A stretch of 32,000 bases of DNA from contig CP001848.1 in the NCBI GenBank assembly GCA_000025185.1, positions 5,010,001 to 5,042,000 of the forward strand, given 5' to 3'. The stretch is from Pirellula staleyi DSM 6068 (lineage in GTDB: Bacteria > Planctomycetota > Planctomycetia > Pirellulales > Pirellulaceae). Positions 1-7,762 of this stretch are shown piece by piece (within the stretch, counting starts at the first letter, position 1; every line of letters begins with the position of its first letter). Position numbers and translations under genes: made by a program. The notes below the pieces were generated by a model. The model ran no database searches. It was given only the letters and a program-made list of their open reading frames with translations, and had not been told where the DNA came from.

Positions 1-2
1 TT

Positions 3-989
3 GCCCCCGATCTGACAGGCTGGGGCTCGTACGAATGGATGATGGGGCTCATTAGCGATCCGACTGACGAGCGGTTCTATCGTCGCGAAAACGATCGGAT
101 GCCCTCGTTTGCCAAGGACCTCGAACATCCAGCCACGCACAATGTGAGCCTGCGTGAACTCTCGCTCATCGTTGACTGGATTCGTGGCGACTATTACCAA
201 GCCAGCGACGAGAAGCCTGTCCTTCCTCACTCGGAGGATCGAGCTCGCGAGTTGACGCTGCTTGCTCGCGCAACCCCTGTCAGTTCTGCCAGCGTGATTG
301 GCGCCCAGCCGCGCACGCTGACACAAAAGGCTGAGCAGATTTTTGCGACCAACTGCGCTTCGTGCCACAGTCACACCGATGCGACAGGAGTCGGCATAGC
401 TGCCAAAAAACCATCGGCCCCGAATCTGTACGGCATTGCCTCGCGCAGGTGGCTCGCAGGTATTCTCGATCCGAAGCAGGTCGATGGTCCGAAATATTTT
501 GGCAATACAATGCACTTCGAAGATGACATGGTTGGCTTTGTGAAAGACAACTTGTCGAACCTCGATGATGCGAAGAAAAAAGATCTCGAGGCGCTGATCG
601 CTGCCCTGTCGGCCGAGGCCAAGCTGCCGGCTCAAGCAGAAGCTGATGCCGCTGCCGCAAGCGACGGCACAATCGAGAAGGGCAAGACAGTCCTCACAAC
701 GTCGTGGGCCAGTTCGTCGTGCGTCGATTGCCATAAGTTTGGCGACGATGGCGACCTCGGCAGTGCCCCCGATCTCACCGGCTATGGCAGCCTCGAGTGG
801 CTCGAGCAGATGATTGCTAATCCGGAGCACGAGCGGCTGTATGTCGACAACAACGATCGAATGCCCAAGTTCGGCGTGGGTGGACCAGGAGCGAAGCAAT
901 CGATTCTGGCCGACGAAGAGATCACGCTTCTGGCGCGCTGGCTACGAGGCGAAAAACTCGACGAACCCGCGACAGCAGCGAGCAAATAG
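3..989 (+). CDS. multi-domain c-type cytochrome, C-terminal part (5' end lies left of the window)
   Basis: The frame is open from base 3, with no stop before the first ATG at 39, so the gene is truncated by the window edge. There are two CxxCH haem-binding motifs (CASCH at 354-368, CVDCH at 720-734). A ~35-aa module 'APDLTG(W/Y)GS.EW....I..P..ER.Y...NDRMP.F' occurs at the very start of the frame and again at the C-terminus. A more divergent copy lies between them, indicating repeated class-I cytochrome c domains. A terminator follows the gene. Confidence 0.8.
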   Translation, partial: APDLTGWGSYEWMMGLISDPTDERFYRRENDRMPSFAKDLEHPATHNVSLRELSLIVDWIRGDYYQASDEKPVLPHSEDRARELTLLARATPVSSASVIGAQPRTLTQKAEQIFATNCASCHSHTDATGVGIAAKKPSAPNLYGIASRRWLAGILDPKQVDGPKYFGNTMHFEDDMVGFVKDNLSNLDDAKKKDLEALIAALSAEAKLPAQAEADAAAASDGTIEKGKTVLTTSWASSSCVDCHKFGDDGDLGSAPDLTGYGSLEWLEQMIANPEHERLYVDNNDRMPKFGVGGPGAKQSILADEEITLLARWLRGEKLDEPATAASK

Positions 990-1027
990 CTCGCGTGAAC
1001 ACTGATTCTTGGATTTGACAATTCTCA

Positions 1028-1070
1028 GGCTCTTGCCGCTGGCCTTTTTCGCCTCGGCAAGAGCCTTTTT
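1028..1070 (+). terminator. rho-independent terminator of the cytochrome c gene
   Basis: An 11-bp perfect stem pairs ggctcttgccg (1028-1038) with cggcaagagcc (1055-1065). Inner ggc/gcc pairing occurs in the loop. A TTTTT run follows at 1066-1070. The element lies 39 nt after the stop at 989. Confidence 0.7.
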
Positions 1071-1287
1071 CATGCGCACCGTCTGCTTGCATCCTGCCAT
1101 GCTAGCGACCCGTAGCGAATCGAGACGTACGACCGGCAGAATCAGTACAGATTGCCGCGCTCGAGCGCCGATGGAAGGATTATGCGAGGTCATGGTTCGC
1201 TGCATGCTAGCGGCACGAGCCGCTAGCGTTAAAGCGGCAATCGATCTTGCACCACTTTTCCTTTCGCCTTTCGCGAGGCTGTGCGGC

Positions 1288-2064
1288 ATGACTTCTCCAG
1301 TGCGATCGCAGGTTCGACCTGCCGTGTCCCCGATGGGGCACGACATCGCCGAGTCGCGCGCCGACACAGCGAATGAATCGCCATCGCGAACATCGCACCA
1401 GATGCCCGAGCCGCTGTCGTTTGAGGCAGCGCTCGATCGGCTGGTCTCCCTGACCGAGCAATACGATCTCGCCGAACTCGATACCAAAATCGAAGCGGAT
1501 CTGCGCGATGCCGAGCGGATGCTGGCGCGGCTCGGTGGAGCCTCGACTTCACTGCTGCAAACTCCCTCGAACCGAGCTACTCGTGAAACGGCCCAGCATG
1601 GCGCGGTAAACAAAGCAGGCGACTGGCAGGCTGCTCATCATGAGCTCGCGGATGAATCAGCAGAGAGAAGCTCGAACTTTGGTGCCACATTGGCGATTGG
1701 CCTCGGACTGATGCTGTTTGTTTGTGGCGGGGCACTGCTCGCCATCAGCATGATTCAGAAGCGGAACGAACTTTGGTCGATCGGACTGCCGCTGGTGGTG
1801 TTGGGTCAGGCCGGATTGATCGCCGGTCTGCTGCTGCAACTCGACTGGCTGCGTCATAGCTCTAAGAAGACGCATGCCGCTTTGGAAGCGATGGACTCGC
1901 ATCTGAAGCGTCTCGAGGAAACGACCGGCCGCATCACGACGACACATAGCGGCCCGGCGCAAAACTTCTATTCGCACTACGCCCAAGGCGCGAGCCCTCA
2001 CGTGCTGCTCGCCGATCTCAAGGGGCAACTCGATCTGCTGGCTCAGCAGATGCACGAGAAGTAG
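1288..2064 (+). CDS. hypothetical membrane protein (two predicted TM helices, coiled-coil-like flanks)
   Basis: The ORF track gives 1009..2064, but the TTG start at 1009 lies upstream of the terminator hairpin at 1028-1070. The 1072-1287 portion translates to Arg/Cys-rich sequence that does not look coding. I place the start at the in-frame ATG at 1288 (MTSPVRS...); the start remains uncertain. Hydrophobic segments 'FGATLAIGLGLMLFVCGGALLAISMI' and 'WSIGLPLVVLGQAGLIAGLLLQL' are present. I recognise no family. Confidence 0.5.
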   Translation: MTSPVRSQVRPAVSPMGHDIAESRADTANESPSRTSHQMPEPLSFEAALDRLVSLTEQYDLAELDTKIEADLRDAERMLARLGGASTSLLQTPSNRATRETAQHGAVNKAGDWQAAHHELADESAERSSNFGATLAIGLGLMLFVCGGALLAISMIQKRNELWSIGLPLVVLGQAGLIAGLLLQLDWLRHSSKKTHAALEAMDSHLKRLEETTGRITTTHSGPAQNFYSHYAQGASPHVLLADLKGQLDLLAQQMHEK

Positions 2065-2143
2065 ACCGCTTATTTGGCGGTTCTTGCGAAGCCTCGGTCG
2101 ATCGCCCAAGCTTCGACGATACTCTCCGAGAGATTGAGCGCAT

Positions 2144-2182
2144 AAAAAACGCGATGAAGCAGTCGAAAACCGCTTCATCGCG
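2144..2182 (-). terminator. rho-independent terminator of the TPR gene (minus strand)
   Basis: An 11-bp perfect stem pairs 2150-2160 (cgcgatgaagc) with 2172-2182 (gcttcatcgcg), with an 11-nt loop. The A6 run at 2144-2149 reads as T6 after the hairpin on the minus strand. The element lies 42 nt downstream of the stop at 2224. Confidence 0.65.
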
Positions 2183-2223
2183 ATAGTGAATCAGGGCTCG
2201 TCAGCCGCCTGCTGCAAGCTGCG

Positions 2224-3291
2224 TTAGATCTCAAGTTCAGCTGCCACAGGAATTACGTCCTTAGCATCTGCGGCGGGCTTCTTCGCGGGGAGAAAAGCGG
2301 CCAGATGCTTGGCATCGCCATCGGCCAGCTTGGCAGCAGCGGTGAAGAACGGAGCAGCGCGATCGGCTTGTCCTTGGTACTTCAGCGTGACCCCGAGCAG
2401 GAACAGCGAGTCGCTGTTAGCGCCGTCGACGAGAGCCACCGCAGCGAGTGATTCGAGATGCGAATCGCGTGCGACCGTGGCACCACCGTAGAGCTTGTTG
2501 AGGTCGAAACCTTCGCGAGCCACTCCCGCTGGCGATAGGGCAATCGCGCGACGAAAGTTCTCGGCAGCTTCGGGGTAGCGATTGCTGGCCACATAGGCAT
2601 GGCCCAGTCGCCAGAATGCTTCAGCCTGGTCGGGAGCAGCTTCGCCAGCCAGCTTGTAGCGCTGAGCAGCCGAGTGATACTTCTGTTCCTTGAAAAGAAC
2701 ATCGCCTTGGGCCAACCACTGATCGGCGCGGGCCAATTGCGTGGCGTTGGAAGGTCGCACGGTGGAGGGATCGAACGGTTTCTTAGCCACGAGTGGTGGC
2801 ATCACAATCTTCGGACTCACAACCACCGCTGGAGTCACAGGGCGACTAGTTCCGAGAAAACGCTCGACCGCTTGTGGGCCAAAGGCATTCTCGGCGGGCT
2901 CGAAGGTGCTACCAAAAACACCGTACGTGGCAGCAGGATAGTAGTAGCTGTTGTAGCGATAGCTGGAATAGCCATACGACAGACAGGGGTCGTAGCAGCG
3001 AACCGGTGGACAGATTGGAACCGACCAGCAGTAGTTCACCGGACGACAGTAGGTGATCGGTCGGCAATAGGTGCGAATGGGGGCACAGCCGATCGAGAAG
3101 CTGAAGTTATTGCATCCCCAACCGCCGCCCCAACCACCGTAGCCGACGCCACGATAGCCATACCCACAGTGACGTGGGTGTCCTGCCTCGGCAGAGACGG
3201 GTGCAAGAGCCACGGCCAAGGCAATCGCCAAGCTCGCAATAAGAAACTTCGAAACAGTGCGCCAATGCATCGCCCAGGCCTCCATGTTCAC
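2224..3291 (-). CDS. secreted protein with an N-terminal Cys/Tyr/Gly/Trp-rich module and C-terminal TPR repeats
   Basis: A signal peptide 'MHWRTVSKFLIASLAIALAVALAPVSAEA' suggests the true start is the ATG at 3270. Next comes 'GYGYRGVGYGGWGGGWGCNNF...TYCRPITYCRPVNYCWSVPICPPVRCYDPC...YSSYRYNSYYY'. The C-terminal half has TPR-like helices (e.g. 'AEAFWRLGHAYVASNRYPEAAENFRRAIALSP', 'LFLLGVTLKYQGQADRAAPFFTAAAKL'). Confidence 0.8.
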   Translation of the reverse strand: MNMEAWAMHWRTVSKFLIASLAIALAVALAPVSAEAGHPRHCGYGYRGVGYGGWGGGWGCNNFSFSIGCAPIRTYCRPITYCRPVNYCWSVPICPPVRCYDPCLSYGYSSYRYNSYYYPAATYGVFGSTFEPAENAFGPQAVERFLGTSRPVTPAVVVSPKIVMPPLVAKKPFDPSTVRPSNATQLARADQWLAQGDVLFKEQKYHSAAQRYKLAGEAAPDQAEAFWRLGHAYVASNRYPEAAENFRRAIALSPAGVAREGFDLNKLYGGATVARDSHLESLAAVALVDGANSDSLFLLGVTLKYQGQADRAAPFFTAAAKLADGDAKHLAAFLPAKKPAADAKDVIPVAAELEI

Positions 3292-3492
3292 GGTAGGAAT
3301 GCTTGCAACCGCCGCTGTTGGAAGCGGAGTCGCTAACTTCGTGAATTATCGACCTGCGAGCTGGAAGAAGCAAGCCGAAAGCGATCGGTATCGGTCGCGC
3401 CAGCAGCTAGCCTCAGCGGAACTAGCTGACTGGTAGAAAGTTAGGCTGCGGTCGGAAACGCAAATACGCGTCCCCGATTCAAATCCAGGAAA

Positions 3493-6400
3493 CTAGCGAC
3501 CTCGGCTGCCACGTCCGCCGCCACCACCACCTGGAAATCCGCCTCCGCCGGGGAAGCCGCCACCTCCGCCGCCAGGAAATCCACCACCACCTGGAAATCC
3601 GCCCCCACGTCCGCCGCCACCACCATCTTGCATCGCACGCTGAATGTTGTTGAACATTTCCACGCGCTGACGCATTTGATCCTGGAACTGCTCGTTCTGC
3701 GGCTGGAACGATTGCTCGCCACTAGGGCGGCTGCCACTCGAGGGACGCGACGTCGTGCTGGAAGTCGAACCCGACGTGGTTTTATTCGTGGTGACCGAAC
3801 TCCCCAGCATCGAGCTAAGCGACTTCTGCAATAGATCGGGATTCGTACGTTTGATGGTAACAACGCGGACCGTTTCGTCGCTGTTGACCGTAGCGGTATC
3901 GAGTTCCTGAACGAACAGCTTCACCGCTTCGAACAAATAGTCGGGAGCTGACACGATGACCGAGTTGGTTCGTGCATCGAAGCTGACGGTCATCTTCTGC
4001 TCTTCACCTTTATTGGCATCACCGCCACCACCACGTCCACCTCGTCCGCCACCACCACCACCTCGCAAGGCGCGGATGAAGTCTTCGGGCGAAGGCTGAC
4101 GCTGTTGTCCGCCACCAGCATCACCGGAGATCACTGCGGCATAGGCCTGCTTCACAATCCCCGCGACACTTTCAGCCGACGTGTTGAACACGGGGATGAA
4201 TCGCGGAGGATTCACGGTTTGGACTGACTCGGGGCTCGCAGGTTGATCAATAACTTTAAGCAGTTGCTCGAGCGAATCGAGATCGCGTGGCGAAGCTTGA
4301 ACGACGAGCGCGTTGAGACGAGGATCGGCTGTGACCGTGATCGACCCACTGGTGGTCGACGACGTGAGTCCGCCACCACCACCGCCACCCAGAAGACCTC
4401 CGAGCAACCCGCCACCGACATCGCCGAGCATGCTCGACGCCAAATCTCCCATCAAACCACCTCCGCCACCCGCATCGCCGCCACCACCAGCACTCGCGCC
4501 ACCCATGATCTCGGTGAGCAAAGCGGCTGCGATTTCTGCTTTGGCATACTTGAGGTAGTAGACGTTGAATTCCGTGCCGGTGGTCGCCGTGGTATCGGCA
4601 ATCGTTTGCAGCAGTTGTTCGAAATCATCGAGCGCGTCGAGATCTTCCGAAGCGATCATCACCCCACCAGGTCCCACTGTCACCACAATCTCCGAACCCT
4701 TCTTGGGATCGACGAGCGTGGTGGTTGTGGTGCCAGGAGCCGCTGGAGTCGCAGGCGCACCTGCTGCAGGAGCTGGCACCGTTGTCGCAGGAGCTGGTTG
4801 AGCTGCTGGCTGAGCGAGCGAGGCTGCTGGAGCAGCAGGAGCTGCCGAAGAACCCTCTGGCAGAGGTTGATAGACGAAGTAGTCGCCCGAGCGAGCTCGC
4901 GCAGCCTCCGTGGGCTCAAGAGTGGGTGGAGCAGGCTCCACCTCAGGCTGAGTCTCGGTCGGCTGTGACTGTGGCGGAGCTGGCTGCGGCGCGGGCCGAG
5001 TGGGAGCTGGCAGTGGCACAGCAGGGCGCACTGGAGCAGGTGCCGAGGGAACGGCTCTTGGTGGTGCAATGTCCCGCGGCGTGTACTGCTGAAAATAGCT
5101 TTCCAGCTGCATCAGTGGATCGAGGTCGGCACCGGGCATTTCACCCTGATAGCCCCCTTGTGGGATGCCTGTTGGTGGAGCTGTGCCGTTCTGCAATTCA
5201 GTCTGCGTCACGACGCGAATCTTGTTCTGATGCATCGTGGGCCAAACCGTTTGCAATTGGTCGAGAGCATTGCGGGCAGCGCGTCCGGTAATCGAAAGGA
5301 CACGCACGTTGCTCCGCTCCGTCAGATCGTCTTCGAGCAGCGTATCGCCGAGTTCGCCCATCTTTGTCAGCAGATCGCGAATTTGGGTCACTTGTCCCGT
5401 CGTGCCGCGAATCATGAGTTGCATGTTCACCGGATCGGCGTCGACCTTCGGACCAGCGTTGCCCGATTTTTCGTCTCCACCGAACAGCTTATTGATGGCG
5501 AGCACTGCAGCGGCTGGATCGACTTTTCGGAGCTGAATCACGTCGATCTGTGTACCATCTTTTTGCAGCTGTTCGAGCGTTGCGCGAATCGTCGCATGTT
5601 CCGATGGTTTAGCGAGCGCGACTAGATTGCCGGTCTTGGGATCGGTCGTCAAACGGACATCAGGCAAACCAGCGAGCAGGGTCGACATCACTTGCAGAAC
5701 AGCCGTTGGATCGGCTTGCGTCACACTGTAAACCTCGAGCTGAGGTTGCTCAGCAGGCGAGCCACTTTCGCCCAACGATTCCGCAGGGACATCGATCAGC
5801 TGAACAATCTCGTCGACCTTGGCAATCCGATCGGCCTTGCCAGTGACGAAAATCCGTCCGCCGAGTTCATCGACTCCGAGACGAATCGCCCCATCGGGAG
5901 TAGCCAGCGTGTTCTCCGGAATGCCGAGCAGTTGGCGGGCGAGCTGCAAAAACTCGAGTGGGCTGGCGTGCTTCAGTTTCACGACCACCACTTTCTCGTC
6001 CTTCGGAATCGTGGGGTTCTCGATGGCATCGAGAACTTTCTGAATCACACGCAGTTTGCCTGCCGTCTCGGTCACATAAATTTGCTTCGCCTTCGAGAGG
6101 AGCACAATCGAACCTTGTGGTCCCAGGAGCTTGCGAACCTCGGCATCGGCCTCTTCACTCGTAAGCTTGTTGAGCTGGAACAAGCAGCTGACAAGTTCGA
6201 ACGATCCCTTCGACTCGAGGTCCTCGAGTGTGACTTGCGGAACCCAGCTAGGTGGAATTCCATCTTCCAAGTTCACCAGCAGCAGCATCCGTTCGCGACG
6301 AATGAGCGTATAGCCTTTGGTCAGCAGCACGCTGTTGATCAGGTCGATTGCTTCGGCTGGTGTATAGCTCTTCGTGTCGCTGTAGTTGAAAGTCCCTTGG

Positions 6401-7437
6401 GGAGGAGCTTCCATCGTTAGCGAAAGATCGGCCTGCGAAGCAAACCAATCGAGCACATCCTTCCAAGGGGCATAGCGGAAATTGAATCGCAGTTTTCCAT
6501 CGCCAGCCACTTTCAGTGGCGCAGCTGGTGTTGTGGCAGGGGTAGCAGCTGGACCGACTGAGGGAACCGCAGGACTAGTTCCCGGAACAGTTGCTACGGG
6601 AGCACCTTCGGCAGCAGGAACCGCTGGCATTGGTGCACCGGGGCTCGGCATCGGAGCCACGGGAGCGGTACCCGCGACCGGCAAACCATCGGGACCAACG
6701 CTTGGCATGGGAACCGTCGGCATCGGATCTCCTGGCATGGGTGCGACTGGCATAGGAGTCCCCGCCGTCGGTTCGCCAGCGACTGGTGCGGGAGCGGCAG
6801 GGTCGACAGCAGCAGCGGGGTCCGCTGGTGGGCCGGAAATGATCCCGGCCATCGTGTCCCAGGTCGCCTTTTGTTCGGGAGTGAGGACAGTCGCCAACTT
6901 ACGTTCATAAAACAGCTTGGAGAATCGGCGCGTCGTTTCGCTGGCTTGGGTGTTGGCGTTGGTTAGTTCGGCCAGATATTTGGTCACATCAGCCCGCTGC
7001 GCTTCGGTGAGAGCCAGTTTCGTAGCTACCTCGTCTTCGGCCAGCGATGCCAAACCCGCTTTGGCAATGCGAATCTGGGCCAGTCGGGCCCGTTGTTCTT
7101 CGCTAAGTACTGCCAGGCCAAGCTTTTCTGACTCGGCTGCGAACACGGCCAACTTCGCCGAACGGTCGGCGGGAGTGACATCCTTCAGCGAAAGAGCCAG
7201 CTCGAGAGCAGCCGACTCTCGCGCGTCGATCACATCGATCAACTTAAGCCGAGTTTCTTCCGTAAGCTTAAGCTGCGCTGAGACTTCGGGCTCAATCGCT
7301 ACAGCCAAAATGCCCACAAACGCTGGATCGGCAGCCTGTAGCGCGTCGCCCGAAAATAGCGAGGCGGCCAGCAGGGTCGCAGCGGCGGTGTATTTCGAAA
7401 TCGACCAGGAAATAGATTGCATTTCCCTAAGTTCCAA
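3493..7437 (-). CDS. large exported protein with repeated Secretin_N (GspD/PilQ N-domain)-like modules and no recognisable secretin pore domain
   Basis: This is a 1314-aa ORF with a signal peptide ('YTAAATLLAASLFSGDALQA'); the start is probably the ATG at 7422. Repeated N-domain-like units include 'KVVVVKLKHASPLEFLQLARQLLG...IRLGVDELGGRIFVTGKADRIAKVDEIVQLID' and 'LEVYSVTQADPTAVLQVMSTLL...LTTDPKTGNLVALAKPSEHATIRATLEQL'. Further units are 'IDVIQLRKVDPAAAVLAINKLF', 'FNVYYLKYAKAEIAAALLTEIMG...ITVTADPRLNALVVQASPRDLDSLEQLLKVID' and 'MTVSFDARTNSVIVSAPDYLFEAVKLFVQELD'. The protein ends in low-complexity Ser/Thr then Gly-rich sequence rather than a beta-barrel secretin domain. Confidence 0.8.
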   Translation of the reverse strand: MELREMQSISWSISKYTAAATLLAASLFSGDALQAADPAFVGILAVAIEPEVSAQLKLTEETRLKLIDVIDARESAALELALSLKDVTPADRSAKLAVFAAESEKLGLAVLSEEQRARLAQIRIAKAGLASLAEDEVATKLALTEAQRADVTKYLAELTNANTQASETTRRFSKLFYERKLATVLTPEQKATWDTMAGIISGPPADPAAAVDPAAPAPVAGEPTAGTPMPVAPMPGDPMPTVPMPSVGPDGLPVAGTAPVAPMPSPGAPMPAVPAAEGAPVATVPGTSPAVPSVGPAATPATTPAAPLKVAGDGKLRFNFRYAPWKDVLDWFASQADLSLTMEAPPQGTFNYSDTKSYTPAEAIDLINSVLLTKGYTLIRRERMLLLVNLEDGIPPSWVPQVTLEDLESKGSFELVSCLFQLNKLTSEEADAEVRKLLGPQGSIVLLSKAKQIYVTETAGKLRVIQKVLDAIENPTIPKDEKVVVVKLKHASPLEFLQLARQLLGIPENTLATPDGAIRLGVDELGGRIFVTGKADRIAKVDEIVQLIDVPAESLGESGSPAEQPQLEVYSVTQADPTAVLQVMSTLLAGLPDVRLTTDPKTGNLVALAKPSEHATIRATLEQLQKDGTQIDVIQLRKVDPAAAVLAINKLFGGDEKSGNAGPKVDADPVNMQLMIRGTTGQVTQIRDLLTKMGELGDTLLEDDLTERSNVRVLSITGRAARNALDQLQTVWPTMHQNKIRVVTQTELQNGTAPPTGIPQGGYQGEMPGADLDPLMQLESYFQQYTPRDIAPPRAVPSAPAPVRPAVPLPAPTRPAPQPAPPQSQPTETQPEVEPAPPTLEPTEAARARSGDYFVYQPLPEGSSAAPAAPAASLAQPAAQPAPATTVPAPAAGAPATPAAPGTTTTTLVDPKKGSEIVVTVGPGGVMIASEDLDALDDFEQLLQTIADTTATTGTEFNVYYLKYAKAEIAAALLTEIMGGASAGGGGDAGGGGGLMGDLASSMLGDVGGGLLGGLLGGGGGGGLTSSTTSGSITVTADPRLNALVVQASPRDLDSLEQLLKVIDQPASPESVQTVNPPRFIPVFNTSAESVAGIVKQAYAAVISGDAGGGQQRQPSPEDFIRALRGGGGGGRGGRGGGGDANKGEEQKMTVSFDARTNSVIVSAPDYLFEAVKLFVQELDTATVNSDETVRVVTIKRTNPDLLQKSLSSMLGSSVTTNKTTSGSTSSTTSRPSSGSRPSGEQSFQPQNEQFQDQMRQRVEMFNNIQRAMQDGGGGGRGGGFPGGGGFPGGGGGGFPGGGGFPGGGGGGRGSRGR
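3496..3630 (-). repeat. in-frame Gly-rich coding repeat (GGFPGGGG units flanked by RGG)
   Basis: It encodes 'GGGGGRGGGFPGGGGFPGGGGGGFPGGGGFPGGGGGGRGSRGR'. At DNA level 'ccaccaccacctggaaatccgcc' occurs at 3521-3543 and again at 3581-3603, a 60-bp period. 'acgtccgccgccaccacca' occurs at 3511-3529 and 3607-3625. Confidence 0.85.
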
Positions 7438-7499
7438 TCAGTAAGAGACTTATCGCACTAGCAGCAGTGAAAACCGCCACTCCGTCGGCTCTTTCGGGA

Positions 7500-7577
7500 A
7501 CGTTTTGCACCCGATCTACAGGCGCAGCGGTCCCTACACACTCTAACCCCTAAAGATAGCTGGACGTTTCGCACCCG
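7500..7577. promoter_or_regulatory. pair of 14-nt direct repeats in the divergent promoter region
   Basis: ACGTTTTGCACCCG (7500-7513) and ACGTTTCGCACCCG (7564-7577) match at 13 of 14 positions, 64 bp apart. A third partial copy, gACGTTTTT, lies at 7580-7588. All sit between the divergently transcribed genes ending at 7437 (-) and starting at 7763 (+). Function is unknown. Confidence 0.3.
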
Positions 7578-7762
7578 GCGACGTTTTTCTTGGCTTCTCG
7601 GTCGAATCTCGCCCTAAATCGTCCTAAGCAGTTCGCAAGAAACGCTTTCCGCTCCTCGCAACCATCGCTAGAGTAGAATTACGGGCCGCTCAGTCCCAAG
7701 CAGAGTACCTCTCTAGACGCTCGTCAATTAGCACGTTCACGCTCTTTCAATCAGGCAGCTCT

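Noticed and set aside
942-1613. A 223-aa minus-strand ORF overlapping the cytochrome c stop and the start of the downstream gene.
   Set aside because: It runs through the plus-strand terminator hairpin and overlaps two better-supported genes. It has a low-complexity Arg/Ser/Ala composition and no recognisable domain.
3476-3486. A T-loop-like 'gattcaaatcc', a possible tRNA fragment, in the gap downstream of the secretin-N gene.
   Set aside because: The flanking bases (cccga / ccagg) cannot form a T-stem. No acceptor, D or anticodon arms can be drawn on either strand.
3496-3630. Short periodic DNA repeats (here and at 25333-25377) considered as a possible CRISPR or minisatellite array.
   Set aside because: They are in frame inside long ORFs and encode Gly- or Gly/Ser-rich linkers. 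There are no unique spacers and no cas genes.
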